Assembly: GCA_973895155.1 (NCBI GenBank)
Contig: OZ316893.1
Coordinates: 1,550,860-1,614,859 of the forward strand
DNA: 64,000 bases
From: Marsupella aquatica
Lineage: Eukaryota > Plantae > Marchantiophyta
Reading direction: 5' to 3'
Below, in pieces: positions 49,646-60,030 of the stretch. A program made the position numbers and the translations under genes. How positions within the stretch are numbered: the stretch's first letter is position 1; every line of letters starts with the position of its first letter. The notes under the pieces are model-generated. The model saw nothing but the letters and a program-made list of their open reading frames with translations, was not told the origin of the DNA and did not search any database.

Positions 49646-51870
49646 GGTGCTTTCGGTTGTGATATCGATGTGAAGCTGAGAAGTAGGCTACAGGTATACC
49701 AAGTTTCTAGTGTCAAAGCAGACAGGGACGCGAAGGAATGAATGAAGATTGACCTGGAAACCTTTTAGAAAGATCTTCAGTGTATGCTTTCAACAGTGGA
49801 CGCTGCACGAATGATATGCAGAAGAGTTGTCCAGGGAATTTATAACTGCCGGAGTCAAGGAGTTGGGGCGGGGCCTGATCTCGAAAGGTCGATGTCGTTA
49901 GTGCTAAATAACCTTTTTGAAAGGCAGTGCATGCATGGACACCCGTCACTCAAAGAACATCACTACGGGGGGTAGCTACATGCACCTTCTAATTTTTCAG
50001 TCTCACTTACAGAAGTCTCGAGTTCCACCTCCTTTCAATTTCCACTTTCCCAGATCTCGAAAGACGGAATGAACGAGCTATCGTGAATGAGATATGGGTG
50101 AACGAGATTAAAGGCTAACATAAAATAAAGTTAAATTCTGATATTTGAAAGAACTCCGATGAATCCATTTTCTGCAAATTCACTAGACTTGTCGGGGGAT
50201 CAAATTGATGGTTGAGCGCTAAACCTGCAAAGAGTTTAGCATCATGATCAAGTTCGAATCAGATCGGAATCCGCTCGTTAATCCCTCAAACTCGACCACC
50301 AGCCAGCTGTGCACTGCGCATGTTGAGTTCAAGGCTGTGACCAAACTCTACCTGTTCAGGGTCGAGTTGTTGGCAGAGGTCAGTGACATGTGTACAGTGA
50401 CCAAACTCTACATGTTCTAGCACACTTGGCACCGTCTTCAGTTCAGTCAATTCGGTGGTGAGGAACTAGACAGCCATGATTGTGATCGATGGAGCAGTTT
50501 GGGCCATTGCGCCGAGAATCAAGCTCAGTGATTTCGGTGGTGAGGAACACGACAGCCATAATTGTGATCGATGGAGCGGCTTGGGCCTTTTGTGCCCAGA
50601 AACAAAATTAACTAATTAAGGCTATGCAGAGTTGCAGACCAGAGCACTACGTCGTAATAGGAGCAAACGCATAACGATTTTGTATGCATGTTTGCACGTG
50701 GTGTTCAACGGCATAGGCGACGTCGTCCGCGTATGCGCTCGACACCTTCGCGAGGAGGTCGTCAAGGACGTATGTTGCATGATTGTGCCTCGTACTTGCG
50801 CACAACAAAAGACTTTATGGGCCCTGATCATCAAAATGGGGTCGCCCAGATATCAAAATAGGGTTGCATATATAGGGGGATCCCGGGAACTGCACATCAA
50901 AATATGACTTGTGAACCTAACAAACAATTCACACCACCTATCATGATAGCAATTACTGAGGTTAAGAGGCAAATCTAAAGCCCAAATAAACTCAATATTC
51001 ACTAACAATGTTCACACCCGGAAGCTTAGTAAAGGGCAAATCTAAAGCACAAGTAAGTTCAATGTTCACAAAACAATTCACACCAAGGAGTGTTGTGCGC
51101 ATACATATCGCTACACAACATACATCGCTTGTCACATACATCCAGACATAGTCACACTGTCGCATCACAAATACAAGAGAATGGAATACAAGTGGAACTC
51201 ATGTCCACACATGTCCAAAACCCACAATAATCTCCATACAATCGGCACAACGATCTCGGTCAACAATACCCCATCGATCCCGCACCGATCCGATCACACA
51301 CGTATGTCAAGCCAACGCACCTTGCACTACTCAAGGAATCCACGTTACACAAGCGGAGCTCACAGCCACCATAGCCACACTCAAGCTCCTCTCTCTCCAA
51401 GGCTCAACATTGAAAGATGACCTTTCAATGCCTCACAAGTGAGAAGTACCCTCTCACACAAACCTGACAGAACCTTATCGGCTCCAATAGCACTCATACC
51501 AAACGTACATACTCTAATAGCACGATATACTACTACACTACTCAGAATGGTGTGACAGCTGTCGTGCGCATACATATCGCTACACAACATACATCGCTTG
51601 TCACATACATCCAGACATAGTCACACTGCCACATCACAAATACAAGAGAATGGAATACAAGTGGAACTCATGTCCACATATGTCCAAAACCCACAATCGC
51701 CCCCCTAGCTGGGAGTAAGGTCCCCTAACTCTAGCTAGCCATGAGTTCTACAAGGTTGATATACACCTTTTTAGGTGTGAAGATCAGGAGGCCGGGTGCA
51801 AGTGAGCCCCATCGATCACCTACCTGCAATCCATATCTGCCAAGAGAACACAAATGATAACTAGTCGGTT

Positions 51871-53451
51871 TCACCGACACTGAGGACACAACCATGATCC
51901 ACTAGGAATCACCTGCAATGGTGGTGTCAAACATGACATGTGCCATCCTCTAGAACACTTATCACAAATCAACATAGTAGCTGCTCCCTGAGCAGATCCA
52001 CACAACATACATTTCAAGCCAGCACGAACATGTGCCAAGCTTGGATCTACTGTACCATCAATGTTGGGAAGGTGACATGGTGCACAGTTGCGCACATGAT
52101 CCTTCCAAACCATACCATTGCGTCCCTCCAACATCAGGACACCAGAAGGCAACACTTCATGCACACGTAAGATTGTTCGGCCTGCGGTCACATCAAGTGT
52201 CGTGGGTGCTGTCTGCTGCAAATAAACATAATCACCAGGATGAAATCGTCGAATGCTTGCACGGTAACCTCCTCCACGAATAGTGGCATACCTCAAAGTA
52301 TCACGATGTTGGGCAATGGCAAGGTTGTCAAAAGCCATGGGCATCACTCTCTGAAATACCCGTGCTCTCTCTGAACACACCTTGACCCAAACATCAGGAT
52401 CATCCAAGTTCACAACTGGTGCAGCATGACGACGAATAGCTGCTGGCAAATCTGGCTCTCTACCATAGAGCAAAAAGTAGGGTGAGAAGGATGCAAGTGA
52501 TGCTTGCCGACTGAAACGGTAGCCCATAACTAACCAAGGTAGCTGGAGATCCCAATCTCCCAGATGACCAACCTGCAAGCCATACTTACGCAATCCTCTC
52601 TTCACAGTTTGCACAACTCTCTCAGCTAATCCATCTGCCTCAGGATGATCACGAGAGGTAGTGCGATGATCAATCAGAGCTTGTTCACACAAACTCTCAA
52701 ACTCTCCACGGAACTCAGTTCCCTGATCAGTCAACACCTCAGTTGGTGCTCCAAAATGACTGAGTACACGATCCAAAAATGTAGCAGCAACTCCTCCACT
52801 GGCTTTATCTGGCAACGCCACTAGCTCAATCCACTTGGAGAAGTGCTCCACCATGACCAAAACATACCGATTATGACGTTGGGTAAGAGGTAATGGACCA
52901 GCAAAATCCAAACTCCAACGATATCCCAAACCCATGATCGGTAACGGGTGCAACTGGGGAGTGGGAGCATTAAATGATGCTCTCACTCTGTCACATACCA
53001 CACACTTAGCTATCAACTGCTGGACATGAGTGTGCATACCACGCCACCAATACTGTGTCTGTAGCAAGCTGTAAGTGCGCTTCACACCAAAGTGACCCAA
53101 CTCCTCGTGCGCATGTCGCACCAAATGTACTCGTTGTGATGGTTTTGGTACCACCAACATCCTACCATCATGCAGTACTCTCAAAAGATGGTTTCCCTCC
53201 CATCGAAACCTCTTGGCTCTCTGTAGAACCCTGTCACGTTCCTTGGCATCAACACTGCCAACAATAGAACTATTGCGCAGATATTCCAACACTCTCACAT
53301 CATTGTGAATATCTTGCTGTCCAGAAGTTACTTCACCAACATCCACATCTGAAGACTCATCATCCACTCCATCCAATGAGGTAGAGTCCACAGATCCACT
53401 GTATGCTGGCACCCAACAAAGAAAGGCAGATGCATGCCATCCTGGCACCAT
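51871..53451 (-). CDS. Gypsy integrase (HHCC plus DDE core) with a C-terminal PHD finger
   Basis: AHEELGHFG..CVVC, WSLDFAGP, LTDQGTEF, HPEADGLAER; C-terminus CMLC..LICDKCSRGWHMSCLTPPL..IP.GSWLCPQC (C4HC3). Confidence 0.93.
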   Translation of the reverse strand: MVPGWHASAFLCWVPAYSGSVDSTSLDGVDDESSDVDVGEVTSGQQDIHNDVRVLEYLRNSSIVGSVDAKERDRVLQRAKRFRWEGNHLLRVLHDGRMLVVPKPSQRVHLVRHAHEELGHFGVKRTYSLLQTQYWWRGMHTHVQQLIAKCVVCDRVRASFNAPTPQLHPLPIMGLGYRWSLDFAGPLPLTQRHNRYVLVMVEHFSKWIELVALPDKASGGVAATFLDRVLSHFGAPTEVLTDQGTEFRGEFESLCEQALIDHRTTSRDHPEADGLAERVVQTVKRGLRKYGLQVGHLGDWDLQLPWLVMGYRFSRQASLASFSPYFLLYGREPDLPAAIRRHAAPVVNLDDPDVWVKVCSERARVFQRVMPMAFDNLAIAQHRDTLRYATIRGGGYRASIRRFHPGDYVYLQQTAPTTLDVTAGRTILRVHEVLPSGVLMLEGRNGMVWKDHVRNCAPCHLPNIDGTVDPSLAHVRAGLKCMLCGSAQGAATMLICDKCSRGWHMSCLTPPLQVIPSGSWLCPQCR

Positions 53452-53493
53452 CTCCCTATCTGACTCATCATGCCATCTGGCTCCAGTCTCATC

Positions 53494-54951
53494 CTACTGA
53501 CTGGTACATGGATTGCGGCTTAATCCATCTGCATCCAAGTTCACTTTTCCAGGCCTATGCACCACCTGGAAATCATACTCCTGTAACAACAATGCCCATC
53601 GTGCAAGCTTCCCTGTAAGCTTGTCAGACTCCATTAACCACTTAAGAGGCTGATGATCAGTGATCAAGGTGAAGGGGTTACCAAACAAGTAGCAACGAAA
53701 GTGTGAAACAGCCCATACTACTGCCAAACACTCTCCCTCATAAGAGCTATACTTAGCCTCTGCTGAATTGTTTGATCTACTGGCATAAGCCACAACAAAC
53801 TCATTCCCCTCATCATCCTTCTGAGTCAGCACTGCTCCAAGTCCTACTCCACTCCAATCAGTGTGTAGCTGAAATGGTCTGCCTGAAATGGGTCTTCTCA
53901 AAATAGGGGATGATGCCAACCTTTGCTTCAACTCCTGAAAGGCATGCTCCTGGTCATCACCCCAAATCCATTCCTGATCCAACTTAGTGAGTATGGTCAA
54001 AGGTTTAGCAAGCTGGCTAAATCCTTTAACATACCTCCTGTAGTAGCTCGCCAATCCCAAGAATGCACGAACTCTACTCACATCAGTAGGACAAGGAATC
54101 TGTGTAATGGCCTCCACTTTAGTCTGCTGTACACCCAATCCCCCTGGGTATATGGTGTGGCCCAAATACTCAATCTGGTCTTGGAAGAACTTACACTTGC
54201 TAGGATGGAGCTTCAACCCATGTGCTCTCAATCTCTCCAACATAGTCTGCAAGTGCTGCTGATGTTCTTCCACAGTAGAAGAATAGACCAAAATATCATC
54301 AATATAACATCTGACAAAATCCAAACCTGCAAGGATTCGATCCATGACTCTCTGGAACTCAGCTGGTGCATTCTTCAACCCAAATGGTAAGAATAACCAT
54401 TGATACAAACGATCTTTGCCATAAGAATCAATCCCCCACAATGCTGTCTTGGACCTGTCAGCATGCCTAATTGGAAGCTGATGGTATCCTGCCCTCAGAT
54501 CCAATGAACTGAAAACCTTTGCATGCCCCACAACATCAAAGATCTCCTCAGGTGTGGGCATGGCATATCGATCAGATTTTGTCTAGCGATTAATAGATCT
54601 GTAATCACCACACATGCGCCTATCTGTGTAATTGCCATGCACATCCTTCTTGGCTGGCATCACTGTGGCAGATGCATACTCCCCATATGAAATCTCCACC
54701 AATCCAGCCTCCAACAAATCTTGAGTTCTGCTTTGAATCAGAGCTCTCTCCATGTCACTATAACGGTATGGCCTACGAAAGATTGGCGCATCACTAGCCA
54801 ATTCAATCTGAATACCAGGGCCCTTCAATGTCCCCAAATCCTTCATGCTGAATGCAAAACAATTCCAATAACTCTTCAGGAATCGATGCATGCGACGTCT
54901 CTCCTCCCCTGTTAACTTAGGGCCAAGCTGTGGTTCCCAACTCTCCACCAA
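53494..54951 (-). pseudogene. Gypsy reverse transcriptase plus RNase H (in-frame TAGs at 54583 and 53494)
   Basis: RRMCGDYR, LDLRAGYHQ, PFGLKNAP, YIDDIL, LHTDWS, YEGECLA, TDHQPL, DADGLSR. Confidence 0.95.
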
Positions 54952-55038
54952 ATCCCTAATATCTCTTTGTAGGGTAGAAGAGATAGCCGATGATTGCTAT
55001 TTAGCAGTAGATTGAGCAGTCCCTTCCTGCTCAACAAT

Positions 55039-56140
55039 CTATCCAGCCGCCAATCCTGTCATAGGTCCATGGACTGTCTGCTCGCCCCCAGCTGTGGTCA
55101 ATACTGTCTCAGTGGACCGCAAGCTCACCAAGGGACAATCAGTAATTCCGGCAGAGCGCATCCGCAATTGTTCAGCTACTCCCAAGCTGATAATCCAAGT
55201 CAAACAATTCAAATCCATTGCTTGACCAAGAACCTGGCGCCGCAAACCCTCTGACACAGAGGCAACTGCAGTGGTGCCAGTCAAAAATCCCATAGCACGC
55301 TCTCTCTCATCAGCAGTAGGCTCCACTAACTGCTGGAGAGTTGTGTCCCATACAAGTTCAGGGCCACCTGCTCTGAATGCATATGAAGCAGAGTGGCTTA
55401 CAAGAGTGGGTAATGCACAACGTGGGCACCCAACTGCATTGACCATTGCCAATGGAGGTCTATTAGGTTGGGTCACACCCTGTGCACGACACCCTGGATC
55501 CAAAATATCATCCACCACTAAGGCTGGTGAGCGTGGAATGCTGTCAAATGCGCGCTTCAGCACCTCACATGGGATCAAATTAGTCCACCACAAGCGTGGA
55601 CGATGTGCACGAGAACCCACACGTGCAGCATCCAATAACACAGCAGGTCCAATCCAAGACCTCACCTGGTGAACACTAGCAACAATCCGACTACGATCAT
55701 CACCTAACAATGGCATATTCTCCAAAATGTATGCTGGAGACTATGTCTGATGTAGCTGGAGATGACGTAGCACCCGTAACATCTCCCAAAACAATGCAGA
55801 GCGTGGATCATGAAGTCCATGCCCAACGCCAGCTCTAGATTGGCCCTGACATGGCCAACCAGCAATCACCAAATCAATGGGGCCAACACGATGCAGATGA
55901 TCCGCCCCCAGCAATGAAATATCAGCAGGTAGTGCATGCTGATAACCACGAACAGCATCCACTGGCAGTAACTATGGATATCTATCCACCAACATAGCCA
56001 CATGTCGCAATGAGACCCTCCGTGTTGTCTCATCTATCTCCACATACAAATAACGACGCACAGGAATTCCTGCCTGAAGAACAGCAGCCAATCCAGTGCT
56101 AATCCCACCAAAAAGATCCAACAAACAAATACCCTCCGGT
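55039..56140 (-). pseudogene. C5-cytosine DNA methyltransferase domain (DNMT3-like) within gypsy pol
   Basis: Motifs in canonical order: I LLDLFGGIST, II VEID, IV DLVIAGWPCQGQS, VI ILENM, VIII AHRPRLWWTN, IX ERERAMGF, X RRQVLGQAM. Same frame as RT, broken only by TAGs at 55972 and 55741. Confidence 0.9.
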
Positions 56141-56689
56141 GGATACTGCCAAGCAATAGGAGTGGTATCCAATGGTGAAAGAGTCACAGGTCCATCTGCA
56201 AGAGACTGCTCTGCTCCTGACTGTGGTGTAAAAGCATGACGCCATGCATCATGTACCAATCGTGCTGCTGCCTGTGGCAAGGCCTGTGCAGTGCCCCACA
56301 CTGGTGGCACAACACTGCCAACAGGTAATCCTCGCATGATGTGCTCCTCATGAGACTCCTCCAATGGTGGAACATCGGCTGCATGCGCATTACCCTCAAT
56401 CAAATCATCCAGTCTAGCAATTACACCACTGAATGCTGCCAAAGACAATGGTGTGGATTTAGGGCCTCCCACAGGTCCACTAAATCTCACTGGCAATTTG
56501 CTCAATCGAGCATCTTCTGACTGCCAATCAGGTCTACATGACACTGATTCCTCCCAAAAATCAAGAATAAATCCCATGGGGTAGAGCACTGTACATCCCA
56601 CCAACACATCATATGACTCTACCTTAGTCAGAATAGCTCGCGCCTGTATCTGTGAGCTATCTGTGGTATGACCTTCCTGAATCCTCAAA

Positions 56690-58981
56690 TCAAGTGGTCT
56701 CCTGGTGATATGCTGTGTAGGTGTAGGTCCCCCCAATTGAAGTCTGAATGGGAAAGGGACAATCCTCCAAATCCTCTGGATGCAATCCCAATCCACGTAT
56801 GGCAGACTTCCCCAACATCAAGGGCTGAGCACCAGTATCCAGTAACACTCTCTCTGGCTGGTATACTGCTCCAGAAGGCCCAACTAATCGGAAGATACCA
56901 CTCCGATTATCCAATGACACAACACTAGGTTTAAACCTAGTCCTCTCAAATGCAGGGCGTGCTGGTAAATCCACCAACCTCGCTGCTGCTGCATGCCATG
57001 TCTCACTAGTAGCAGTAGGTGGCATGGTCTTCATTGCATCAACACTACAAGTTGCTTCTGCATGGGAAGCAACCACTGGAGTGTCCTCACAGAGTGTAGC
57101 TGCCAATCTGAACACTTCTGCAGGACCAACTCCCAAGTTCAGCATGTCTGTCGCTGAAAATAATGGGGTGCGTACTATGGCAGTAGCCGCCCCCAGCAAG
57201 GTACATGTCATCCCTGCTGCATCACTACCTGATTCTGCCAACTTACCCACATCAGGGTTTGTCCGAACCGGGTTCATAGAGGCAGTCTGAATTGTCTCTG
57301 ACAATGTAAAAGACTGAGGAAACTTTGTCTGCCGACGTGCATCCCCCCTTTGTGGATCTAACTCCACTACTGCTCCTCGGGGCTCAAGAGCTTTGGCTGC
57401 CCCACGTGTCAAAGCTGCTGATGCATCAATATGTGCAGTGCCACACATGAATCCCATGGTGGCAAGGTCTCCATCAGCTCCATAAGATGTGGAAGGACCA
57501 TGGGATGTGGAAGGTCCATAGGATGTAGATGCCCCATCACCAGAATTAGGTCTCACCTGGGAACTAGCCATGGCAGCTAGTTGTTGCTCCAATTGAGCAA
57601 TCTTAGCATCCTTTGGATCTATGGTTATAGCAGGGGCAGCGTCACCTCCCTGTCTCCCTGCATGTGGCATGCCATGACCACGTCCACCACCTCTACCTCC
57701 TCTTCCCTGATCATGTGTACGGGATCCTCCTCTCCGTAACTCAGGGTGGAGTGAGAAACACCTATCCTTGGTGTGTCCAGGAGCTCCACAATGATCACAC
57801 TGTCGCTGATCAGGCGCTGATGCTCCCCCTGATCCTCTATAATCTGGACAATATCTCTGTGCATGATCCCCACCACAGGTCCAACATCCTGACTGTTGTC
57901 CAGCATAAGAGGGCACAGGTCTCTGGCTGGTAGACTCTCGTGCAATAGGCTTCTCCCTCTGGCTCTTCTGTGCAGTAGGCTGTGGTGTGGATGTAGATGC
58001 AGCTTTTGGTGCTTCCTTGGCAAATCCGGAAGTCACCACCTTCTCATTCACCATATTGAGCTCAATGCGCTCAGAAAGGGTGAAAACAACTGCTAATGTG
58101 GGATCTGCATCCCTAAGCAGAGTGACATCTCTCACTCTGCGTCGCAATTCTCTGTCTAGAATTGCATACCAAAACTGGACTGCCTGAGCCTCTGTCACTC
58201 CCTTGGTGACAGTGATCAATCTGCGCATACGTGTGTATGCCTCACGTAGGCTCTCTCCAGTCTTGCGTTGGAACTCTTGAAGACCCTTCAACTTATCAGT
58301 TCTCACACCCTGATAGTTCTGCTTCAGTACCTCAAAGAATTCCACCACAGGATTAAATGTTGGCGCAACTCCAGTTCCTGTCACAATCACACCGGTAAGA
58401 GTAGTGGTGGATGCTGCTGGAGTGCTGCTGGTGGATGGTGTGCCACTCTGGCTAGTGCTGCTAGAAGAAGCAGCAGCTGTGGCAATGGGTTGGGCAGCCG
58501 CACTAGTGCCATAGGTGATGGACACGTAATTAGGCAACCAATGCTGCCTCCATGCCTCAATCTCAACCAAATGAGCCTTCCGAAACTCATGGTAGTCATC
58601 CATGGGTGGCCCCTCCAAATGCTGGAATAATCCCTTCCATGCCATGAAAGGGGTAAACAACGTGACGTTACGCAATGTCTGCATATCGCACCACGTATCA
58701 AACTCCTGGATGAAGTCATCCAGATCAATTGTGCCAACTGCACCAGAGTATCGTCGTGGGCCCTTTGTAGCCCCGTACATCTCGTCCATATCCCACAACA
58801 AAGGTGCAACCACCTGATGATGAGGAGAACTGGTCACTGAGTCCTCATCAGAATCACTGTTTGAAGCTGCACTGCTAACTGCTACCAATGCCGCTGGCCG
58901 AAACTGTGCCCCACTCCGAGTGAAACCGGTCCGTCGTCCATCGGGTAATCCAGCAACACCAGAAGAATCTGTGGTGACCAA
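56690..58981 (-). CDS. gag: Gypsy Gag (two CCHC knuckles) plus start of the aspartic protease
   Basis: FQRKTGESLREAY, CWTCGGDHAQRYC, CDHCGAPGHTKDRC, VLLDTGAQ. A frameshift near 56700 leads into the 55972-56796 frame. Confidence 0.9.
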   Translation of the reverse strand: MVTTDSSGVAGLPDGRRTGFTRSGAQFRPAALVAVSSAASNSDSDEDSVTSSPHHQVVAPLLWDMDEMYGATKGPRRYSGAVGTIDLDDFIQEFDTWCDMQTLRNVTLFTPFMAWKGLFQHLEGPPMDDYHEFRKAHLVEIEAWRQHWLPNYVSITYGTSAAAQPIATAAASSSSTSQSGTPSTSSTPAASTTTLTGVIVTGTGVAPTFNPVVEFFEVLKQNYQGVRTDKLKGLQEFQRKTGESLREAYTRMRRLITVTKGVTEAQAVQFWYAILDRELRRRVRDVTLLRDADPTLAVVFTLSERIELNMVNEKVVTSGFAKEAPKAASTSTPQPTAQKSQREKPIARESTSQRPVPSYAGQQSGCWTCGGDHAQRYCPDYRGSGGASAPDQRQCDHCGAPGHTKDRCFSLHPELRRGGSRTHDQGRGGRGGGRGHGMPHAGRQGGDAAPAITIDPKDAKIAQLEQQLAAMASSQVRPNSGDGASTSYGPSTSHGPSTSYGADGDLATMGFMCGTAHIDASAALTRGAAKALEPRGAVVELDPQRGDARRQTKFPQSFTLSETIQTASMNPVRTNPDVGKLAESGSDAAGMTCTLLGAATAIVRTPLFSATDMLNLGVGPAEVFRLAATLCEDTPVVASHAEATCSVDAMKTMPPTATSETWHAAAARLVDLPARPAFERTRFKPSVVSLDNRSGIFRLVGPSGAVYQPERVLLDTGAQPLMLGKSAIRGLGLHPEDLEDCPFPIQTSIGGTYTYTAYHQETT

Positions 58982-59939
58982 CCCTAACCTAATCTATGTG
59001 CTAACCCTAAGGGCAATCTATCCCTGTCAGCACCACAAGCACTCAGTGTTGGGCATCACTCCAACATCACCAAGAGAGAAATACATAGCACACTAGAATG
59101 TCTAGTTGCAAACCCGGATCACTCCTATGGAATCAAGCGCCCACATGAAACTAACATGGTGCATAAACAGGAAACATGTGTGAAGAGGATCCAGAAACAA
59201 GAATGGATACCATTCAACTCTCCACACAAAAGCAAATGCAAATCAATATGACAATGTGCATAAGGTTCAAGGAAGAGCCTTCATAATAGGCTTCACAATG
59301 GCACTCCAATGTTGTAGATGAGAACCAAGGCAAAATTGGTTCAATCTGTGAGTCTAGGTGGACTCAGAAGTATCAAAAACCCTAAAACAGCATCTGATTT
59401 GGCCTAGAATAGGCCTCTAAACAAATTGGGAAGTGTATAAAGCCCCCTGTCGCTTGAATCTAAACAACAAGTTGTCAAAGCTTGTGTGTACACAAGGTGG
59501 GATGAGAACTTGCCAGTTAAGCGCTCACGGCTGGGAATAGCCCTGGGATGGGTGACCTCCTCGCGCTCGACCTTGTGCCTCCCCTCGCGCTCACGGCCCG
59601 AAATAGCCCCGGGATGGGTGACCTCGACCTCGCGCCTGCCTGCGCTCGCGATGGGTGACTTCGCGCTCACGGTTGGGAGCACTTTCGGGATGGGTGACCT
59701 CGTGCGCCTCACACCTGACCCCAAAAATGACTACTTCCTTCACGAAAAGCTCCCGAAAACTGTCAATTTCCTTCATGAAAAACGCAGCCCTTCCACAGAA
59801 CTGGCAGCAGCTTGATTCAACACCTTTGACCCTCGTTTCTTTCACTGAAACGATGATACCGTCGCACGGGGCATTGGCAGCTCCGTTCCTTCAGGAAAAG
59901 AGCCGTCGCTTCACCTGCGCCTTGCCAACATCGTCCAAC

Positions 59940-60030
59940 AATAGCCGGCAATCAGATCTGAAGCCCCACAATAGCCGACAATCAGATCTGAAGCCTCATA
60001 GTAGCCGGCAATCGGATCTGAAGCCTCACG
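59940..60030. repeat. 30-bp tandem repeat x3 in the gypsy 5' leader
   Basis: ATAGCCG(G/A)CAATC(A/G)GATCTGAAGCC(C/T)CA repeated. Confidence 0.85.

Noticed and set aside
51091-51695. DIRS/Ngaro tyrosine-recombinase element, or two separate nested LTR elements
   Set aside because: The element encodes a DDE integrase and no recombinase, has a single TSD around the whole unit, and has no TSD around A, B or A' individually.
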